This document shows positions 35,483-45,400 of a stretch of 64,000 nt of DNA, piece by piece (the first letter of the stretch is position 1; each line of letters starts with the position of its first letter). The DNA is taken from NCBI GenBank assembly GCA_025059745.1, contig JANXDH010000004.1, positions 47,783 through 111,782 of the forward strand, written 5' to 3'. Position numbers and translations under genes: made by a program. Origin of the DNA: Aigarchaeota archaeon (GTDB lineage Archaea; Thermoproteota; Nitrososphaeria_A; Caldarchaeales; Calditenuaceae). The notes below the pieces were generated by a model. That model made no database searches. It saw nothing but the letters and a program-made list of their open reading frames with translations, and was not told the DNA's origin.

Positions 35483-36781
35483 TCATATAGACAGTCTATC
35501 TCTCATGACCTTTGCGATCGCTCTCTCTGCCTTCGTTAATTCGAAGACCTCGCGTAGTAACTTCTCGTGGGCCGCGCTGATGTCCAAGTTCCTCCTCTTC
35601 ATCATCCTCCTCGCTGAGATCACCACCGAGTCGATCGCGATCTCCACCAGCTTGCCATTCAGATTCCTCTGATATGACGTGAAAGACGGTACGTCCTCGG
35701 TCACCAACCCATAGAGGTGACTCGCGACGCCTATCCTTTTGCCGGAGAAGATGTAGGTCCCGATGGCGGTCTTGACGTGATCCGCCACGAACGCCCCTAG
35801 GAAGGTCTTACCGCTGTCAATTCTCTGGCCGTTCAGGGTGACCCTCACGGTCCCGTAGGTGTTCTTCATGTTTGATATAGTGGTCCCAGCACCGATATTG
35901 ACCCACTCACCGATGTAGGAGTGGCCGATGTAACCGTAGTGGCGCTTATTGGAGTGAGGGTGGAAGACCGTGGCCTCTACCTCTCCACCTATCCTACAGT
36001 TGTCGCCCACGCTACACCCTCCTCTGATTTGTGCGCCGAAGACGATGCAATCTCTACCGAGATACGCGGGGCCCTCTATCCTGCTGTGAGACTGTACGTG
36101 CGCCCTCTCACCCACGTAGACTGGTCCTCTTCTGACGTCGATGACCGAGAAGGCCTCGACAACCGCGGCCTCCCCGACGTATAACCGCCTCCTATCTCCT
36201 AGGATGATGACTGAGTCGTGAACCTCGCCCGATGACTCGAGACCAACGGAACTTCTCGTCTCTTCTTGGAGCAGTTCGGTACTCGCGTAGATGAGTTCCC
36301 ACGGGTAGTTGAGGAGCATTGCGTCGTCTCTTTGGCTGAGTTCGCTGACGTGAGGCGCGATAGCCCTCAGGACGTCTCCACCCATGAGGCTCGATGATAG
36401 GTGGGGGTCATCCAGAGGTGCGCGGCCTAGACGGGCTGCAACGACCCTACCACGAGATGTAATACATGATCCCCTGCGCAGACTCTTAATGACGTCCGTT
36501 AATTCACCTCTAGGAATCAGAGAGCCGTTGATCAAAAGTACCTCATCACCGATCACATCCGCGTCGTTTACGTGAGTTGAGGCCTCTGTCATCAGGGCTA
36601 TCTCTCTCAGGTGATCCCTACAGAAGGTCACTACTCTGCCATCCGGTCTGAAAGCTTCGAGCAACTTCTCCCTGATCGTGGAGGTGCCAACCCTCAGCTC
36701 GTAGACAGGCCTCGTCAGCGTCAACGGCGCGAAGTTCAGGTTCGATGAGTCCTCAAATATCACCAGATCCATACCTCTCAT
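35483..36781 (-). CDS. GlmU-like sugar-phosphate nucleotidyltransferase/acyltransferase with left-handed beta-helix domain
   Basis: 432 aa. The N-terminus DLVIFEDSSNLNFAPLTLTRPVYELRVG resembles the alternative GlmU family as I recall it. The central region has hexapeptide repeats ([LIV]G..). Confidence 0.55.
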   Translation of the reverse strand: MRGMDLVIFEDSSNLNFAPLTLTRPVYELRVGTSTIREKLLEAFRPDGRVVTFCRDHLREIALMTEASTHVNDADVIGDEVLLINGSLIPRGELTDVIKSLRRGSCITSRGRVVAARLGRAPLDDPHLSSSLMGGDVLRAIAPHVSELSQRDDAMLLNYPWELIYASTELLQEETRSSVGLESSGEVHDSVIILGDRRRLYVGEAAVVEAFSVIDVRRGPVYVGERAHVQSHSRIEGPAYLGRDCIVFGAQIRGGCSVGDNCRIGGEVEATVFHPHSNKRHYGYIGHSYIGEWVNIGAGTTISNMKNTYGTVRVTLNGQRIDSGKTFLGAFVADHVKTAIGTYIFSGKRIGVASHLYGLVTEDVPSFTSYQRNLNGKLVEIAIDSVVISARRMMKRRNLDISAAHEKLLREVFELTKAERAIAKVMRDRLSI

Positions 36782-36897
36782 CCCCTCTTATACTAGCGAC
36801 GCTATCATGAGAACTGGTCCCCTAATCCTAACGAGTTCAGGACGGCCCATCTTTAGTGACTGAGGGCTCGACGAAGTGAGGGTCATGCTATTTCATC

Positions 36898-37677
36898 ATG
36901 GCGTACCTTTATATTTATATCATGACCTTGGAGATTCTAAGAGAGATGAGTTCAGAGGCCGCTTCCACCCCTCAGAGGACGGTCCAGAGGGGGAGCTTCG
37001 TCCTAATCGATTACGTGATCAAAATTAAGGACACGGACGAACTCATAGATACGACGATAGAGGAGGAGGCCAAAAAGGCCGGAGTAACCGACGTGAGTAG
37101 GATCTACGAGCCTAGGCTCTCGGTCGTAGGTAAGGGGTTCCTCCTGAGGGCTATAGAAGAGGGGTTGATCGGTATGCAGGTTGGCGATCACAGAAAGTTT
37201 GAGGTGCCCCCCGACAGGGCGTTCGGTAACAGGGACCCCACCAAGGTGAGGGTCTACCCGCTGAGGAGGTTCAAGGACGTTGACCAACCACTGAGGGTTG
37301 GCTCCAAGATCGTCATCGAAGGCAGGGAGGGAATTGTTCGATCAATCGGGTCTGGTAGAGTGCAGATCGACTTCAATCACCAGTTAGCCGATAAGACTTT
37401 GACTTGTGACGTTTGGGTGCGTGAGGTCCTCGAGGACAGGGAGAGTAAGGCGTATCACCTGCTCCACGATAAGATACCCGAGGTCACCAAGGAGAACACA
37501 ACGATCGAAGAGGAGGGGGGCGTCATAAAGATAAAGCTCCCAAAGGACGTTTACCTGATATCCGGGCTCCAGGTGATCAAGCGCGTCGTCTCCAAGGAGC
37601 TCTTGGACTCTCTCGAGGGAGTGGAGAGGGTGACCTTCATCGAGGAGTATGAGAAAGAGAGTTCACCGCCTGCCTAA
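36898..37677 (+). CDS. FKBP-type peptidyl-prolyl cis-trans isomerase (long archaeal FKBP/SlyD-like)
   Basis: It contains GSFVLIDYV...LIDTT.EEEAKKAG...VGKGFLLRAIEEGLIGMQVGDHRKFEVPPDRAFGNRDP. This is the maximal ORF. A TATA-like CTTTATATTTATAT at 36906-36919 lies inside it and suggests the real start is ATG 36946. Confidence 0.75.
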   Translation: MAYLYIYIMTLEILREMSSEAASTPQRTVQRGSFVLIDYVIKIKDTDELIDTTIEEEAKKAGVTDVSRIYEPRLSVVGKGFLLRAIEEGLIGMQVGDHRKFEVPPDRAFGNRDPTKVRVYPLRRFKDVDQPLRVGSKIVIEGREGIVRSIGSGRVQIDFNHQLADKTLTCDVWVREVLEDRESKAYHLLHDKIPEVTKENTTIEEEGGVIKIKLPKDVYLISGLQVIKRVVSKELLDSLEGVERVTFIEEYEKESSPPA

Positions 37678-37689
37678 CGACCGAGGAAC

Positions 37690-38286
37690 ATGTCCGGGGT
37701 TCCTGACTGGATAGGTATTCACGCAGTCAAACTCGCTAGATCCGCCATAACCTCGTCCCTCCTGGGGTCCGGAAGAGATCTCGATCTACCGAGCTTGAGG
37801 AGGGGGGTCTTCGTCACCCTCTACAGGTACCCCACCATGGAGCTGCGGGGCTGTGTCGGTTACCCGTATCCCGTGGATGATCTAAAGGGCGCGATCGTCA
37901 GGGCCGCGCTCATGTCAGCCTTCGAGGACCCTAGGTTCCCGCCGTTAACAGGGGAGGAGCTCAACGAGGTAGTTGTCGAGGTCAGTCTACTGACGGAGCC
38001 GCAGCTCATCTCATTTGGGGGGAGAATCGATCTGCCCAAATTGATAAGGATTGGGGTCGACGGGTTGATAATTGAGTCCCGGTACGGTTCGGGTCTGCTC
38101 CTCCCCCAAGTACCGATCAGTTACGGCTGGGACGTTTATGAGTTCTTGGTCAATCTTTGTCTGAAGGCTGGACTCTCGCCTACCTACTGGATGGAGAAGG
38201 AGGCCAAGATCTTCCGGTTCGCTGCAGACGTCTTTAAAGAGAAGGAGCCCAACGGGGAGGTCGTACGAGATGAGGGCGGTGTATGA
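37690..38286 (+). CDS. AMMECR1 domain protein
   Basis: 198 aa. It has the signature LRGCVGYPYP...SAFEDPRFPPL...VEVSLLT. Confidence 0.85.
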   Translation: MSGVPDWIGIHAVKLARSAITSSLLGSGRDLDLPSLRRGVFVTLYRYPTMELRGCVGYPYPVDDLKGAIVRAALMSAFEDPRFPPLTGEELNEVVVEVSLLTEPQLISFGGRIDLPKLIRIGVDGLIIESRYGSGLLLPQVPISYGWDVYEFLVNLCLKAGLSPTYWMEKEAKIFRFAADVFKEKEPNGEVVRDEGGV

Positions 38287-38289
38287 GTT

Positions 38290-39447
38290 TTGCCGCTCAT
38301 ACACATAGGAGTCTGCGGGATAGGGCTGGGACACGCGGACCGTTGCAAAAAGATAGCGTCCTCTCTTCTCAAAAGAGGACACGATACGTCGATATCTACC
38401 TACGGAGAGGTGGCCGTCCTCTTCGAGAGGTTGGGTTATAAGGTCAACAGGAACTTTGAGGTGGGATATGGGCTCTCGGATCAGGGGGCCGTGAGCATAA
38501 AGTCAACCGTCCTGAGGAACCTGACTTTTCCCATTAGGTTCATGATGCAAGTCAGCTACGAGGCTAGATGGTTGGATGAGTTGAGGCCCTCCGTGGTCCT
38601 CTCCGATACTCGCGCATCGACCGTGATTGCATCGCGTCTTATGGACATCCCGTGCATAGTCCTGCTCAATCAATACCGCGTCTTGGTAAGGAGCGACAGG
38701 TGGCATCGGCTCTCCGGGCTGACCGAGGGCGTCCTCTCTGGCGTGATAGAGCGCGTGTGGGGCCTTGCGGATGAGATCGCTATAGCCGACTACCCACCGC
38801 CCTACACGATCTCTGAGATGAACCTCACGTTGAGAGACGATGACGCGAAGAAGGCGGTCTACCTCGGTTGCCTGCTCAATCACGACCTCGAGAGATATAA
38901 GGACTCCAGCCGTTACAAGGCCGAGTTCGGTTTCGATCCCGACGAGCTGGTGATACTGATCCATGCCACGGGTCCTCGACCGGAACGCACCAAATTTAAC
39001 GCTATTATGGAGTCGATAGTACCGGAGCTCGAGGAGTTCCAGATACTCTACACGAGGGGGACGTTCGGTGGAGAGACCAACGTGAGGAGAGGGAGTCATC
39101 TCATAATCGACTGGATAGAGGACGAGTACAGCGCGTTGGCCGCTGCGGACATTGTCGTTACCAGAGGCGGTCAGACGACCCTGGCCAAGGCCCTCTCCCT
39201 AGGGAAGAGGATAATATCTATACCGATAAGTGGACACACGGAACAGAGGGCCAATGCCGAGTCTTTAGCTAGTAAGAACGCGGCGATCGCTTTAGAGGAG
39301 GAGGAGGTTTCTCCCACCTCCCTCAGGACCGCAATAGGTGCAGCGCTCAACTCCATAGACTCGAGGACGCTAAAGGCCTACGTGGACATTGCTGCCTCCC
39401 TGAGGGGTACCGAGAGGTTGATAGACCTCATCCTGAGTTACTGCTGA
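38290..39447 (+). CDS. GT-B fold glycosyltransferase (MurG/GT28 C-terminal-like, MJ1255-type)
   Basis: 385 aa. The N-terminus is GIGLGHADRC, and the C-terminus has ADIVVTRGGQTTLAKALSLGKRIISIPISGHTEQRANA. Confidence 0.65.
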   Translation: MPLIHIGVCGIGLGHADRCKKIASSLLKRGHDTSISTYGEVAVLFERLGYKVNRNFEVGYGLSDQGAVSIKSTVLRNLTFPIRFMMQVSYEARWLDELRPSVVLSDTRASTVIASRLMDIPCIVLLNQYRVLVRSDRWHRLSGLTEGVLSGVIERVWGLADEIAIADYPPPYTISEMNLTLRDDDAKKAVYLGCLLNHDLERYKDSSRYKAEFGFDPDELVILIHATGPRPERTKFNAIMESIVPELEEFQILYTRGTFGGETNVRRGSHLIIDWIEDEYSALAAADIVVTRGGQTTLAKALSLGKRIISIPISGHTEQRANAESLASKNAAIALEEEEVSPTSLRTAIGAALNSIDSRTLKAYVDIAASLRGTERLIDLILSYC

Positions 39448-39519
39448 GCTCGACTACAATCTGTTTCGAACCGTTAAGCACACAGCTAAATACGGCAACC
39501 TACATCGTAATTAAAAGGA

Positions 39520-40176
39520 TTGGAGACTGTTGGGAATCTCGGAGAGGCGGTGACGAAGGTGCTGACGAAGAAGGGAGGCGCCAAGTTCAACCAGTCGGTA
39601 GAGCTGATAATCAACGTAAGGGACGTGGACCTGAGTAAACCAGAGAACAGGTTCACCGAGGTGGTAGAGCTGCCCCACGGTCTCGGTTCAAAGCCCAGAA
39701 GGGTTGCGGTCATAGCCTCCGGTAATCTGGCCTACGAGAGCTCGCGCTCGCCGTACGTAGATAAGGTCTTCGAGAGGAACGAGGTGGAGGCGCTGATAGG
39801 GAATAAAAAGGCCGCCAAGAAGGTGGCGAGGGAGTACGACTACTTCCTAGTCGAGCCCTCTCTGGTGCCCGTAGTTGCGAGGGCCTTGGGTGCCTCGTTA
39901 GGCCCGTTGGGGAAGGCTCCGATACCGATCCCACCCAATCAGGATATCAACTCGCTGTCGTCCAAGTACAAGAAGAGTGTGACCGTGAAGATGCGTAAGG
40001 TCCCTCAGGTATCCTGTGTTATAGGTGAGGAGGGTATGAAGACCTCGGAACTGCTTGAGAACGCGCAGACAGTACTCAACCGTGTCGTCGAGAAGCTAGA
40101 CCGCAAGTGGCAGAACGTCAAGTCCGTTTATATAAAGAAAACGATGGGAGAGCCGATAAAAGTGATGACACGGTAG
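39520..40176 (+). CDS. rpl1: 50S ribosomal protein L1 (uL1)
   Basis: 218 aa. It contains KFNQSVELIINVRDVDLSKPENRF...ELPHGLGK. It is convergent with rpl11, and the two stop codons are 6 nt apart. Confidence 0.85.
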   Translation: METVGNLGEAVTKVLTKKGGAKFNQSVELIINVRDVDLSKPENRFTEVVELPHGLGSKPRRVAVIASGNLAYESSRSPYVDKVFERNEVEALIGNKKAAKKVAREYDYFLVEPSLVPVVARALGASLGPLGKAPIPIPPNQDINSLSSKYKKSVTVKMRKVPQVSCVIGEEGMKTSELLENAQTVLNRVVEKLDRKWQNVKSVYIKKTMGEPIKVMTR

Positions 40177-40182
40177 TAGCAT

Positions 40183-40512
40183 TTACTTGAAGAGCTCGTC
40201 GTAAGTCCCCCTTTCCAGTTCGATCAGAAACTCCTTGGGTTCCTTGCCCTCGACCCTGACCCCCATGCTCTGACAGACGCCGACCACGGATCTGACCGCT
40301 GCCTTGAGTGACTTGACGTCCATGTCGTCGATCTTCTCCTTAGCTATCTTGATGACAGAGCGAATGGTCAGGTCACCTGCGGTCTCCTTGCCCGGTGACT
40401 TGGATCCCTTCTCGATGCCCGCCTCCTGCCTTATCAACTCAGCTACCGTCTTCGGCTTCTTCTCAGCCCCACCTTTGCCAGACATGCCGGTTATAGGGTC
40501 GTCGACTATCAA
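40183..40512 (-). CDS. rpl11: ribosomal protein L11 (uL11) homologue comprising only the C-terminal domain
   Basis: 109 aa from TTG, or 100 aa from ATG. AGDLTIRSVIKIAKEKIDDMDVKSLKAAVRSVVGVCQSMGVRVEGKEPKEF aligns with the uL11 C-terminal domain, and the gene sits in the conserved slot after spt5. An in-frame TAA lies two codons upstream, and the N-terminal PPLGPALG-type domain is absent. Confidence 0.7.
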   Translation of the reverse strand: MIVDDPITGMSGKGGAEKKPKTVAELIRQEAGIEKGSKSPGKETAGDLTIRSVIKIAKEKIDDMDVKSLKAAVRSVVGVCQSMGVRVEGKEPKEFLIELERGTYDELFK

Positions 40513-40533
40513 ATAAACTTAGGTCCGGAGCGA

Positions 40534-40995
40534 TCACCTAGCGGTCTTAGATGCGGGCCGTATGTGGTTCGAGGGTACGGAGATTGGTAGAGTGTACGCG
40601 CTCTCCTTCAACTCAATTGTAACCTCCTTCTTCAGTTTGTCGACCCTTATGACCTTCCCCATCATGCCCTTCAGTGGTCCGGCGACTATCTCGATCTCCT
40701 CTCCCGGTTCTATTACGTCTATCACCGGTCTCTCCGTCAGGTGCTGCATGAGCTCCTCGAGTGAGATGGCCATCAGCGGTCTCGACTTCACGTGCTTGAT
40801 GCCCTGCACCAAGGGTGCTATGACGTCCCGTTCCTTAGTCTCTACGAAGACGTAACCCCTCACCGCTGGGAGGACGAATACCGAGGCGACGTTACTGCTC
40901 TCGGTCAAGCGGTTCAGTATGATGGTGGCGACGTTCTTCTCTTGACCCACGGTCACCTTTATCCCGTACACCTTGTATTTTGTGTCAGTGCTCAC
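40534..40995 (-). CDS. spt5: transcription elongation factor Spt5 (archaeal NusG)
   Basis: 153 aa with an NGN domain (VYGIKVTVGQEKNV...) and a KOW motif (GPLKGMMGKVIRVD). It occupies the conserved secE-spt5-rpl11 position. Confidence 0.9.
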   Translation of the reverse strand: MSTDTKYKVYGIKVTVGQEKNVATIILNRLTESSNVASVFVLPAVRGYVFVETKERDVIAPLVQGIKHVKSRPLMAISLEELMQHLTERPVIDVIEPGEEIEIVAGPLKGMMGKVIRVDKLKKEVTIELKESAYTLPISVPSNHIRPASKTAR

Positions 40996-40996
40996 T

Positions 40997-41212
40997 TCAC
41001 TGCACCGCCAACAACAGGTACTTGATGACGAATGCGAGCGCGCCTATGACGACCACGCCCAACAACGTCACCCTCATGATTATAGAGTACTCTTCCCTCC
41101 CGGGCTTGCTGGCCACCCTGAAGAGCATGACGACTGAACGAAAGAAATCGACTAATCCCATGACGATATGATGGTCCACGTGACTGATAAACTTAACCGG
41201 CTGTCTCTGCAC
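40997..41212 (-). CDS. secE: protein translocase subunit SecE/Sec61-gamma
   Basis: 71 aa. It has SKPGREEY followed by a single C-terminal TM helix. Confidence 0.8.
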   Translation of the reverse strand: MQRQPVKFISHVDHHIVMGLVDFFRSVVMLFRVASKPGREEYSIIMRVTLLGVVVIGALAFVIKYLLLAVQ

Positions 41213-41816
41213 CCAGACCTCTGGATTCGCTCTGATTAGATCCCTGCTGCTCCCTGCCCTCCCTGGGCGATGTGGCGTCCATGAGTTCCTCTATCTTCCT
41301 CTTAATCTCTGAGGGCGAGTCGTTCACGTTCAACAACTCGGCTAGGAGAGGGGTCGTCCTCAGAACGACCGACTTTCCCCTATCCTCAACCATAACGAGT
41401 CCGCGCTCGATCAAAGTCCTTATGTGGGAGTAAGCCCTGCTACCCCTGACTGCCGCGACAGTTGAACGCTGAACCGGTTGATGGTAAGCTATGAACGAGA
41501 GCGTCCTCATCACGGCCGTGCCGAACGATGGTCTGACCAAGTGTCTCCTGACGTGACCGACAAGGGACGGTCTGAGGTGCATCAGATACTTCTTACCCGG
41601 TAACCTCGAGATCGTGAACGCCCTGTTCGTCCTCGAGTACTCCTCGTTCAGTGAGTCTATCACCCTCTCCAAGGAACTCTCGCTCCTGAGACCTCCGGAC
41701 CTCATAAGAGTCTTTGAGTCGACAGGTCTCTCGGATGAGAAGAGGAGTGCCTCTACGTAGGTCCTCGCCTGCTCTAGGTTCTCCTCGGTAGTCTCAATCC
41801 GCGCTCTTTTAGGCAT
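41193..41816 (-). CDS. scpB: segregation and condensation protein B
   Basis: 207 aa. It has YVEALLFSSERPV and a second winged helix (TLSFIAYHQPVQRSTVAAVRGSRAYSHIRTLIERGLV). Confidence 0.75.
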   Translation of the reverse strand: MPKRARIETTEENLEQARTYVEALLFSSERPVDSKTLMRSGGLRSESSLERVIDSLNEEYSRTNRAFTISRLPGKKYLMHLRPSLVGHVRRHLVRPSFGTAVMRTLSFIAYHQPVQRSTVAAVRGSRAYSHIRTLIERGLVMVEDRGKSVVLRTTPLLAELLNVNDSPSEIKRKIEELMDATSPREGREQQGSNQSESRGLGAETAG

Positions 41817-42486
41817 GGCTCCTCTTGATGATTATCTCGCCCGTCTCCTCGTCCTGATAGAGCTCGACCCTTCCCCTCGCAGCCGCTATCAATACCAGTA
41901 TGAACCTCTTGGCGGCCTCGAGCCTATCAGCGTTGAGTATTAGGTCCCTGAACGTTATGTGGTCTTTGTCTGATAGCATCGAGGCGAGCAACTCAAAGAA
42001 CCCCTCCACCTCCTCCTCCAGTTTCATGAGGTAGTCGTCTAGCTTGAGCCCCGCATCTAGGTTGGTTACAGTCGACTGGACGGTCTGATCCGAGACGTCG
42101 GAGAGTACTGACCTGAGAGCCTCAACCACGTCCAAGAGCGTCGTCGTAATTACGCTTGCCTTCATGGGTATCTCCAACGGTGGGGGGACTGTCAGATCCG
42201 GTTTCACCTCTGGCTGTGGGGGCCTGTCGAACTCGAACAACCTCTCGGACTTCTTTCTGTGGAGGAAGGATGCCGAGAGGATCGCGACGCCCGCAGTCGC
42301 CAGACCGATCTCCTTCACCGATACCACGAGTTCTAGGTTGTTGAGTAGGTCAACCAGTTTTATCTTCCAGGGGTCTATCCTCTCCAGTCTGGTTACGTCG
42401 AGGAGCAATCTCCACCCGATACCGGTATCAACCTGCTTTGCTCTCAATAGTCTCACCCAGCTTGGTGATGACGATCCTCGATTCAC
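41809..42486 (-). CDS. scpA: segregation and condensation protein A (kleisin)
   Basis: 225 aa and located between smc and scpB. It has the N-terminal ...IDPWKIKLVDLL and the C-terminal winged-helix FILVLIAAARGRVELYQDE typical of ScpA. The start is uncertain because the maximal ORF overlaps the smc end by 59 nt. Confidence 0.65.
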   Translation of the reverse strand: MNRGSSSPSWVRLLRAKQVDTGIGWRLLLDVTRLERIDPWKIKLVDLLNNLELVVSVKEIGLATAGVAILSASFLHRKKSERLFEFDRPPQPEVKPDLTVPPPLEIPMKASVITTTLLDVVEALRSVLSDVSDQTVQSTVTNLDAGLKLDDYLMKLEEEVEGFFELLASMLSDKDHITFRDLILNADRLEAAKRFILVLIAAARGRVELYQDEETGEIIIKRSHA

Positions 42487-45400
42487 CGTGCTGCGAGTAG
42501 ACGCCTATCAGCTGGTCCGCATGCTCTCCCATGATGTCCTTCAGACTAACAGTTATGATCTGAGTCTTTCTCGACATCTCCTTGAAGAGCGCCGCTAGAT
42601 TTCGCGTGTACGCGACGTCCATGTGCGCATCGACCTCATCGAAGATGTAGAAGTCCGCCGGCGTCAACCCCTGAAGGCCCATTAGGAGGGCCACCGCGGA
42701 GACCGATTTCTCCCCTCCACTGATCCCCCTCGACGATCTTGGAGGCTTGCCCACGAACCTTACGACCATCTCGACACCGCTCTCAAGCGGCCTCTCAGGA
42801 TCGGCCAGCTCCAACCAGGCCTCTCCTCCCGTTAGCTTGTTGAAGTAGTACCCGGCCTCCCGCGAGACCCTCTCGAAGGTCCTCATGAATACTGCGAGCT
42901 TCTCGGCGTTTATCATCTCGATCAGCGATAGAATACGCCGCCTCTCCTCTTCTAGTTCACCTATCCTTATCGCTCGCATCTTGTAGTTCTCGGATAGTTG
43001 CTCGTACTGCATTGGTGATAGCTGGTTGACCAGTTGAAGTGTCTGCAACTCAGCCTCGAGAGCGGCCTCTAAGCTCCTTCTCTGATCGTCGTCTACCATC
43101 GAGAATATCGTCACGTCCTCGACCGGCGCGCCCCCAAGCTTTTCGTGTAGTGAGTTACTGCGTATGTTCAGCTCCATGAGTTCCACCCTCAACGAGTTCA
43201 GGAGGGCGTCCAGGTCATAAAGCCCTTTCATCATGTCCATGATTGACCTCTCGAGGTGGGTCAACCTGTCCTTCAGCTCCTGTTCCCTGCTTCTGAGGGC
43301 CACCAGTTCGTTCCTCTTGGTGATCGAGTCGTCCTTGAGTCTCTGATAATGGTAATTCAAGTCCGCGTAACGCGCAGCCATTGACTTTATCGACGACTTG
43401 AGGGAGGAGACCTCAGCCCTCCTCTCTTCTATCTTTACTGCTCTTGTAGACTCAACGATCCTTCTGATCTCCGATTCCAGTTTCTTCACGTTGGCCTCTA
43501 TCGCACGAGACCTCTCCTCCAGAGAGCCCAGCTTGTTGTTCAGGCCCCTGAGTTCCTCCTCATATGAGGAGATCTCAGTCATCATGGACTCCCTCTTCGC
43601 GCAGATCTCTGACCTCTTGGCGTCCAGCGATTCGTTAGTGACCTCGATCTTCATCAGGTCCTCGAGCTCCTTCCTCTTCTCCTCCACCTCAGAGTTCCTT
43701 CTGGCTCTGAGGGTTAAGATAGAGTCCCTCTCGGACCTTATCGAGTCCCTGCGATTTACCGCCGATCTGATGAGTGAGTCTATCTCCGTGATCTTCTTCT
43801 GCTTATCTAAGAAGTCCTCTCGATGACTCCTGAGCGACTCCTCTAACCTTGCAACCTTAACAGGCAATAGCGCCTTGATGCCTTCCAACTCCTCGAGGCT
43901 TGATCTCAAGGACTTAGCCTCCTCGATCAATGACTGAGAGTCCTCAACCTCTCCGTAGGACCGGTATAGACCTACGTTCAATCTAGCCGCTCCCCTCCTC
44001 GTCACAGATGGTAATACGTCGAACCCTTCGTCACCTTTTGATAATGAGCTGGCCTCCAGGGCATAGTGCAGCGCGGCCAGCGACTCTCTGTCTTTATAAT
44101 TTGATGAACACGCTATGCAGGATTTCAGCTTGCACCCTTTCCACCCCTCCACAGCAATTACGTAGAGGGGCATACCTCTCTCTGCAGCGCTCCTCACGAG
44201 GGCCTCCGCAAAGGCCCTTCTCCTCACGACTATCGAGCTCTCTCGATCTCCGAGTAACTCTCGAAATAGAGCCTCGAAACCCCGCGGGGGACTTACTAAG
44301 TCTTTAAGGACCCCTATGAACTCGTCACCCGGTAGTCTGCAACCGATCAGTCTCGCGACCTCTGATTCCTCTCTTCCCCCTATGGGGACCTCCTTCTCGA
44401 CCTCTGCGAGCAGCTTGAGACAGGTGAGCAGGTGGTCATCGATCTCCTTGGATAGTCCACGTAATTCAGCGATCTCCCTCTCGGTGCTTTTAATCTTGGA
44501 CCTGAGCTCCTCGATCTCCTGTAACAACGAGCTGCGGTCACGTTGAAACCTCTCCAGTCTCTCTCCCAGTTCCGTCTCTTCCTCCTCGATCGCCCTCAGT
44601 CTCTGATCCAGTTTTAAGGTCTCATCTCCGATCACCCTGATCTGGGTGCGCAACTCGTGGCGTTGCCTCTCGAGCTCCATCATCCTCCTCTGTTGCTCAT
44701 TTGATTGATGCGTAAGTCTTCTCTCCTCCTCATCGAGGTCCTTTAGTGCCCTTAAAACCGCGTCCCTCCTCGATCTGATATCGACAATCTTGTCGTGAAG
44801 CTCCCCTAACTCTGACTTTACACGCGACCTCTCGAGTGAGAGCAGCTCCAACTCGCGGAGGAGTTCGCGCTCACGTTCAGACGCCCGGGAGATGTTGTTG
44901 ACGGTGGCCTGCACCTCCTTCACACCGGTAACGTAGAGGGACCCTAGGTGTCTAATTCTAGTCTTGACCTCCTCCATGTCCCTGAATGTCCTTCGAAGTT
45001 CGGTCTCTAGCCTCTCGACCTCGGCTTGAGCAGTACTTATCGCTTCGTTACACGCTCTGAGCTCTTCTGTAAGGACGGACTTCTCTTGCTGGAGAGATTT
45101 CATCCTGTCGTCCAGTTCCCTCCTCCTGTCGATGAGCGTCGCCTCCTCCTCCGAGAGCCTCACCCTCCTTTCCTCTATCTCCGACAGTTCTTTGGATACT
45201 CGAATCCACCTCAAGCAGTTGAGGTCTCTCTCGATCAGGGACTTTCGCTTTACGTGCGTGGCCTCCCTCTCGAGTTGCCTGACCATCTGTTTGATCTCCG
45301 AAGTGCTCGCCTTAGCGACTGCGATGTTCCTCTCAGCTTTATCTAGCTCCACCATCGCCTCGTCCTTCCTCCTGTCGTACTCCAGAGTCCCCGCGACCTC

